A stretch of DNA of 64,000 bases from Macrostomum lignano (lineage: Eukaryota), in NCBI GenBank assembly GCA_002269645.1, contig NIVC01002186.1, positions 62,001 through 126,000 on the forward strand, read 5' to 3'. Below the pieces are notes generated by a model. The model did not search any database. It saw nothing but the letters and a program-made list of their open reading frames with translations, and was not told the origin of the DNA. A program made the position numbers and the translations under genes. This document shows positions 62,215 to 64,000 of the stretch, piece by piece. Position 1 is the first letter of the stretch. Every line of letters starts with the position of its first letter.

Positions 62215-63305
62215 CCACTGATGCTGCTGCCCCTGATGCTGATGCCCCTGATGCTGCTGCCCCTGATGCTGCTGCCCCTGATGCTGATGCCCCTGATGCT
62301 GATGCCCCTGATGCTGCTGCCCCTGATGCTGATGCTCCTGATGCTGATGCCCCTGATGCTGCTGCCCCTGATGCTGATGCCCCTGATGCTGCTGCCCCTG
62401 ATGCTGCTGCCCCTGATGCTGATGCCCCTGATGCTGCTGCCTCTGATGCTGCTGCCCCTGATGCTGCTGCCCCTGATGCTGCTGCCCCTGATGCTGCTGC
62501 CTCTGATGCTGCTGCCCCTGATGCTGATGCCCCTGATGCTGCTGCCCCTGATGCTGATGCCCCTGATGCTGCTGCCCCTGATGCTGCTGCCCCTGATGCT
62601 GATGCCCCTGATGCTGCTGCCCCTGATGCTGCTGCCCCTGATGCTGCTGCCCCTGATGCTGCTGCCCCTGATGCTGCTGCCCCTGATGCTGCTGCCCCTG
62701 ATGCTGCTGCCCCTGATGCTGCTGCCCCTGATGCTGATGCCCCTGATGCTGCTGCCACTGATGCTGCTGCCACTGATGCTGCTGCCTCTGATGCTGCTGC
62801 CCCTGATGCTGATGCCCCTGATGCTGATGGCCCTGATGCTGCTGCCACTGATGCTGCTGCCACTAATGCTAAAGCCCCTGGTGCCGAAAGCCCCTGATGC
62901 TGCTGCCCCTGATGCTGCTGCCCCTGATGCTGATGCCCCTGATGCTGATGCCCCTGATGCTGCTGCCACTGATGCTGCTGCCACTGATGCTGCTGCCTCT
63001 GATGCTGCTGCCCCTGATGCTGATGCCCCTGATGCTGCTGCCACTGATGCTGCTGCCCCTGATGCTGATGCCTCTGATGCTGCTGCCCCTGATGCTGATG
63101 CCCCTGATGCTGATGCCCCTGATGCTGCTGCCACTGATGCTGCTGCCACTAATGCTAAAGCCCCTGGTGCCGAAAGCCCCTGATGCTGCTGCCCCTGATG
63201 CTAAAGCCCCTGGTGCTTAAGCCCATGGTGCTAAAACCCCTGGTTCTGAAACCCATGGTGCTAAAGCCCCTGGTGCTAAAGCCCTTGGTGCTAAAGCCCC
63301 TGGTT
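62215..63305. repeat. 15-bp array GATGCTG(C/A)TGCCCCT grading into TGGTGCTAAAGCCCC
   Basis: About 65 copies; 62900-63180 re-duplicates an upstream block. Confidence 0.95.
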
Positions 63306-63768
63306 TTAAACAACGGTTTCTACTTTTTAATCTAGGTTTTATATTTATTGGCTTTCTATTACAACGGAAATTTCCACGCCAGAATCTATCTTTAGAGCTC
63401 CACGACACAGCCGGCCCTCCACCTCCCTCCAGTGTTTGTCATAGGGTCTGGGGCTACGCACAATGCCTGATAGCGTCTCGGGTACGTGGGGGCACTTTCC
63501 GGTCTGCTTGTGCAGGGTATATCATACAGTAATGTGCTTCACCTCGGCTGCCAGTGCAGTTCGTGCATATGCAGCATCTTTTTAAGCTACTTTCTTTGTC
63601 AGTTTAATGAAAAACTGGTCAGTTAGCACCTATCGGCTGAGCTGTTGTCAGTTCTGATTGCAATCGGACTGCTGATTCTTACTATTAAGTTTTTGATAAA
63701 GTTCATCTTCACATTGCATAAGGTAGTGTGAAAATATGTTTTTTCTGACTATTGTTTTTCTATGAGTC

Positions 63769-64000
<232 letters not shown>

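Noticed and set aside
62078-63220. Long ORFs in several frames on both strands (DAAAP, MLLPL, SGAAA, RGSSI repeats)
   Set aside because: A 15-bp unit without stops in most frames produces them automatically; no unique coding flanks or splice support.

Overview
Eukaryotic (metazoan) genomic DNA with GC-rich spliced exons, AT-rich spacers and roughly 35-40% of the window in short-unit tandem arrays (rough sum by eye). The style suggests a free-living flatworm such as Macrostomum; this is an inference only. Six protein-coding loci could be assembled by hand from GT-AG junctions with consistent phase: (1) the 3' part of a frazzled/DCC/neogenin netrin receptor (+, 726-10769); (2) FBXL16-like F-box/LRR (-, 11346-15404); (3) an Egalitarian-like triple winged-helix + OB/cold-shock + LC8-motif protein lacking the exonuclease domain (-, 20720-25873); (4) Rab GDI (+, 37264-46599); (5) an unknown coiled-coil ORF (-, 50231-51265); (6) an unknown protein carrying about 31 coding QQKNQDLS repeats (+, 56932-60076 and beyond). 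Between about 28 and 39 kb lies a transposon graveyard: a foldback MITE, a decayed RTE-like LINE, a Mutator element with a perfect 9-bp TSD nested inside another foldback, and a MULE-type MITE. It is almost devoid of CpG and shows CpG->TpA and CpA->TpA decay. Top leads: the Egalitarian-like candidate dynein/RNA adaptor, the RIP-like or methylation-driven hypermutation domain, and a different private minisatellite in 20 of 22 introns. Most long ORFs in the supplied track are repeat artefacts or antisense shadows of GC-rich exons.
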